From positions 310,001 to 374,000 of the forward strand of contig JAQGDQ010000031.1 of assembly GCA_030141605.1 (NCBI GenBank): a stretch of 64,000 nt of DNA. Reading direction: 5' to 3'. Numbering within the stretch: the first letter of the stretch is position 1; each line of letters starts with the position of its first letter. Below the pieces are notes generated by a model that was not told the origin of the DNA, searched no databases, and was given only the letters and a program-made list of their open reading frames with translations. The DNA is from Tubiluchus corallicola (taxonomy: Eukaryota; Animalia; Priapulida). A program made the position numbers and the translations under genes. This document shows, one piece after another, positions 59,201 to 64,000 of this stretch.

Positions 59201-62200
59201 TCAAAATGTGCACACCTTTACGACCAAATTAGTCATCTCACACGTCTCGAACATTTTACATTTAACAAAACATGGATGTGCCCAAACCAATTAATTAAAG
59301 TTCGTTATCACATATTCGGTTCTTACTTCGTCTGCCAGGTTTGCGACATGTGCGTCTCGTTAACCATGCAATGCAAGAAAAGACATGCTCAATGACAACA
59401 AATGGTGGAACGAGAGCAGGTTTTCCGTCAAATTCTCTCACAAGATGGTACATTTCATACTTCCAGATGGTCATCGAATTTTGATGCACTTCTTCGAACA
59501 CGTGACTGCAAATGAAACTCAAAATTTAGAATTTAGTCACGATTAAGTTATAAGTCAACAGTAATGTGACCAATAGCAGAATGTGATCGGAAAGTTTACA
59601 AGAAACGATAAAAACATTAAAGTCTTGGTAAATAATAAATCTTTTTTTGCATATCTGCAAAAACCTTATTGTTGACTTCTCAAAGATAAATTCTCACCTC
59701 GTACCCAAAAAAGCAAGCACCAAACATATGACAGAAAAAAGTTCAAAAAAAATAATTATAAGAATTCTATGTGCATAACTTCGGCATGATGATATGCATC
59801 TTGCCTGCTTGTACTACTTGGGTAAACATTCTGCCACATCAGAGTTTTCTAAGAAAACAGAGCAGCAATACAGGATGCAAATGATAGAGCATAGTAATCA
59901 ACACATTAAATTTAGGAGAAAAAACTCTGAAAAACTGAGTCCACCAGTATTTAAACCCAGAATCTTATGATATCAGGCCACATGCTTTATCCACTTGCGT
60001 TACCAACCTACATAGCTAAAGCAGGTCTAAATTCTCACATTATAGTTAGCATGCAGTCAGTCAGAGCCACCTATGTGTAGTGTAGAGAGAAAACAATTAA
60101 CAAGTAGCTACCATTGGGCCCTAGCTTGGTGGAAAAACCAAAGTTTATGCCGCTCCAGGCCATAGTACACAAATAATCAACAGTTAAATCAACAGTTTCA
60201 CAACAACAGGGCTAAATAATTGAAAAGTATGAATATGCCAAAACAAACTAAACATTTTATGAACAAAACACATACCTAAAGATTGCAATTAGTAGATTTA
60301 ACATCAGTACATTTCCAATAAGCAAATACACTGCAAGAAAGACGGGGACTAGCCATGCACCACGTGCACTCCCAACTGTGCACCCTGAACCAGTAGCATT
60401 TATGGACTGACCTCCACCTCGCTGATACACACATTCACTGAATACTTCATCTAAGAGAAATCAAAATGGCGGCTACGAGACAGTTTTATTTTAAATATTA
60501 ATTTACATTAAAGTTTGCAACTTTCAATGGTCAGAACCTAACTAGAAAATCTAGAAGACACGTTCCCTCAACAGAGTTTCAAAAAATTTCAAACATTCTT
60601 GATGGTTTCAGGCTTCTAGGATGCTCACTTGAACGAAAACAAGTTGGCTTGTACTTGACAGGAACTAAAAAATTCTCAGTTTTTAAAAACTAATGTTCCA
60701 ATTTTCATTTAGGCGTAGCATTGAGCATGCAAAAAATAGACAATTAGCAAATGACTTTACTGCACAATCACAACCCATTGGGTTCACATAGATGGACAAA
60801 AGATTGGGAACCACCAGCAAATCACTAGGCAAATGAGAAATGTTACTTCGTAGTTCATCAAAAGTCGCTCCAACAAAAAATGAACCTGTCATAATAAAGA
60901 GATTAATTTCACTAATTTGTGGCTCTTAGTAGCAGACGCATAGGAAATAAGTTGAGAACAACAGCATTTGCCAAACAGCACCCACCATCAATTGGATCTA
61001 AATCCAGTAACTCTCCATATATTTGCCAGTAAGGATTGTACATGATGTCAACCCAAACTTTGAGATACGGTTCACGTTCCGGATACAGCAGTGCTTGACT
61101 GGTAACTCCATACGAGAAGAGAAACACGATCAATATGAAAACAAAGTACATCACGTCCACCGTCTGAAAAGTGACTAACAGTACAAATGTCAGGCAAGCA
61201 AAAAATATAATGAGAAAATAATGATCAATTGAATGAGTTACTTTACATCATACTATATCTGTCACTAATAAAATGTGGCATCAGTGCCAAACACAAACTG
61301 AAAAGTAAAGATTTACATTTTGTCAGAACGTCTGACTTGTTCACGACCAGCATTAACTTATCCATTTATAATAAAGTTTAGAAAATTTTATTAAAATGTT
61401 TGTAATTTATTTTGAATTTGCTTAACCTTGAAAATAAGATAGTGCTCTCCTGAGACTTGCCATTGTCATAGCTATAAAAGAAGTCAAGACGCTGTTCTCA
61501 GAAGCTTTCGTATCTCACAGACTTCATTAGCTGCGCAGAGAGATGCAACAATAAAAAATACAGGTAAAACTAAAATAAAATGAAGATGTACAGTCTCACT
61601 AAAATAAAAGATACAAAATTCATAAAGCTGTATTAAAAACTGAAATAAAGGAATCATTACAATTACTAATTCAGAAAAACAAAATGAAAATTAAACTGAC
61701 AGGCATATCTAAAATCAACTTGATATAGCCTAGATCTTGAAGAATAACTAAAACTGTATCTATTGTCCAGGAGGAATGAAAACTTCTGAGAAAAATAAAG
61801 AATTTTTTGAAACTTAATGGGCATTGTGACTTCTTGCTTATGCTTGTTTATCTTTCTGTTATTAAAATTAACAGAATGTCAAATGGTTTAACATTCGGTT
61901 AAATTTTATAAAATGTGAAGTTTCCTTGGATTTAGCGGCTAAATTAATGCTGATCGTGAACAAAATATAGACCTACACTTTCCTGTTTATAGTATATTTA
62001 CAATAAACATCACAGATGAACAGACAGTCACCCAGACGAAGGGACTTACCAATATAGCAAGGAAAGCTATGAGCTATGATCTGTAATAATTCAAATTCAA
62101 GCTTAAACGATTAACATTCACCCGTTTACGACTTTCGAAAATTCCCGAAAATAACTAATAAGTTTCTCTGAAGTGAAAACGAAACAAGCAAGAAAGGACA

Positions 62201-63676
62201 TAAAAGCGTACCATGCGTTTGATAATAACCAGCTTCAAAAGCTTACCATGCATTTGATAATAACCAGCTTCAAAAGCTTACCACGCGTTTGATAATAACC
62301 AGCTTCAAAAGCTTACCATGCGTTTGATCATAACCAGCTTCGGTCCCAGGTAACTGCTGACCATGTACAGCCGGAATGTTTTCAAGCAGTAGGTAACTAG
62401 AGCCAAGCAGTAAAACATACGAGCAAACTCAAATGTTCTATTAAAAGAACGAATGCTAAGTGCTACCACCACAAGCAAGAGAGCAACAAAATCCATCCGA
62501 TTCCAAAGCGTGTACTCAAGGTAGAGATAAAGTCGCTTCTGTGGTCGACCGGGTTGAGTTATTACCTGAAAGTTTAATCAAAGTTTTCAGACTACTGTTA
62601 AACTTAGCATTTTAGCACCCAAAATAAACAATCTAACAGGATAGCATCAATTGATAAGGTCTACACTATAGGAATTTACTAACCTAACAGTGTGACTTTC
62701 TGCAAAATGCATTTAGAAAATTTCTTACAAAGGTTTCTTTAATCAAAATGGCTCTAATAACTTCCAAGAGGGATTTTAAAACTAAAGTATGGGATCAATA
62801 TATACCATAAATATAATGGATCATTAGGGATGTTAACGACAGTGTCGATAGTTATCGATTATAGTATTGATACTAAAAATTTGTTTTTGTTGTTACTGTA
62901 TCGAAATTATTCTAGGTATATTGTATCGAATTTGGCACGTATCGTTGCTTATCGCTTACATTTACAAAAATGTTTCATTTTTCTTTTCCATTTATTTACA
63001 GTAATTACGAAAAAATGAATGAAAAGAATCATTTAAAATTATAACCTCATCAGACACGAATAGTTTTCTTGTACATTTGCCTGGCAATAACGGCTATCTT
63101 CATTCTGAATCAAACTGACAAAGTATAGAGACTCCTTTATACAGTTTGATACTGAGTCACGAATGTCAAATACACTGTACCATATTCTTAGTACCATAGA
63201 TAAATATTTTTATCATAGTAATATGTTTTCTGTCGCAGCTTACTTATTTATGAATCATTATGACAAACAAACTTGTGTTTCATAACTAGCAGCCATCTAA
63301 GTATATAACACTGAGTGCACTGAAGCACCTTATAATTTTAATTACTTATGACGCTTTTTCTGTTGTTGCGCAAATTGTCCAACTTCAGTATCGTTTTTAT
63401 CATTTGAAATAATTCATCTTATCATCTAAAAAATAGTTTATCGTTATCTTATCGTTCGAAAAAGTGTCGTATCATATTATTATCGTATCATCAAATTTGT
63501 ATCGTTTAACATCCATAGCATAAGTAATGTGCACAGCTTCGACTTACTTCACGTATCAGTTCACAGAAGAATGTTCCAATCCACGCCAGTAAAACAAATT
63601 CCCATACGGTAACATATGGCTCAAACTTGAACAGCATTACAAATGAGAACAAGAACAAAAAAAGTACGTACATGAA
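56240..63676 (-). CDS. TRPM-family cation channel, 3' part (S1-S6, TRP helix, C-terminal tail); gene continues beyond the window
   Basis: Exons 63676-63548, 62565-62317, 61163-60986, 60450-60276, 59505-59327, 58090-57961, 57661-57511 and 57055-56240 join in frame. Motifs FCELIRE, WNRMDF, LGPKLVMIKRM, SYGVTSQALLYP, PYWQIYGEL, NVLMLNLLIAIF, IWKYEMY and PALVPPF. Confidence 0.93.
58530..58778. mobile_element. Tc1/pogo-like MITE right end with TTGAGTTA repeats
   Basis: Repeated TTTTGAGTTA(G/A)GCGA motifs ending in GAGTTTACTG|TA. Confidence 0.45.
59930..60010 (-). mobile_element. tRNA-derived SINE-like remnant
   Basis: Minus strand GGTAACGCAAGTGGATAAAGC...GGGTTTAAATAC...TTTTT gives A-box and B-box-like motifs with a T-run. 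Confidence 0.35.
62202..62341. repeat. 35-bp tandem repeat x4 spanning a TRPM exon/intron junction
   Basis: Units start at 62202, 62237, 62272 and 62307. The minus-strand unit is GAAGCTGGTTATKATCAAACGCATG|GTAAGCTTTT. Confidence 0.97.
62825..63517. mobile_element. Non-autonomous hAT (Ac-like TIR) in a TRPM intron
   Basis: TAGGGATGTTAA at 62825 and TTAACATCCATA at 63506-63517 (11/12), with many subterminal TATCG motifs at both ends. TSD not retained. Confidence 0.6.
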
Positions 63677-64000
63677 CTGCAAATAAAAAGTTATATCTTT
63701 TATTTTAATTGAACATACACCAAGTACTACTAGTCTACTACACTATAATTAGCAGTGAAACTGAACAGTAAATTATATAGCTTATAAAAAAACTGTGATT
63801 TGAAGATTTACATAATTAACGAAGAGTGCAAAAAAGAAACAATATTTATTTACAATTACCTGAAAAAACATTGTTCAAAATAAAGAATTAAGAAAGCAAA
63901 CAACTGCTCGGACTTTCTACATTGCAAGCAGTTAAGGATTTCCAATGAAAAAATTGGCCCAAGCCTAGGGATCTAAATGTGTAAACCAATAGACTAACCA

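Overview
AT-rich, intron-rich eukaryotic DNA, most likely from an invertebrate animal. Four spliced genes can be rebuilt by hand with GT-AG introns and consistent phases: a divergent pentraxin-domain gene (minus, 8861-16928, possibly extending to about 21206), CCDC157 (minus, 27615-39002), the splicing factor SLU7 (plus, 44062-53540, head-to-head with CCDC157) and the 3' half of a TRPM channel (minus, 56240 to beyond the window end). A rhodopsin-family GPCR ORF that stops after about TM4 lies at 26612-27175. The remainder is transposon debris (CR1/L2/RTE LINE and Penelope fragments, a LINE-disrupted hAT, non-autonomous hAT, Harbinger and pogo-like elements, a foldback-like element of about 3.4 kb) plus micro- and minisatellites. 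I found no CRISPR array, rRNA or prokaryotic system. The most unusual signals concern splice sites: a 30-bp minisatellite that multiplies a branch point plus acceptor, a 35-bp tandem repeat that multiplies a TRPM exon end plus donor, and a 10-bp perfect hairpin over a 5' splice site at the CCDC157/SLU7 junction. Family assignments come from remembered motifs; no database searches were run.
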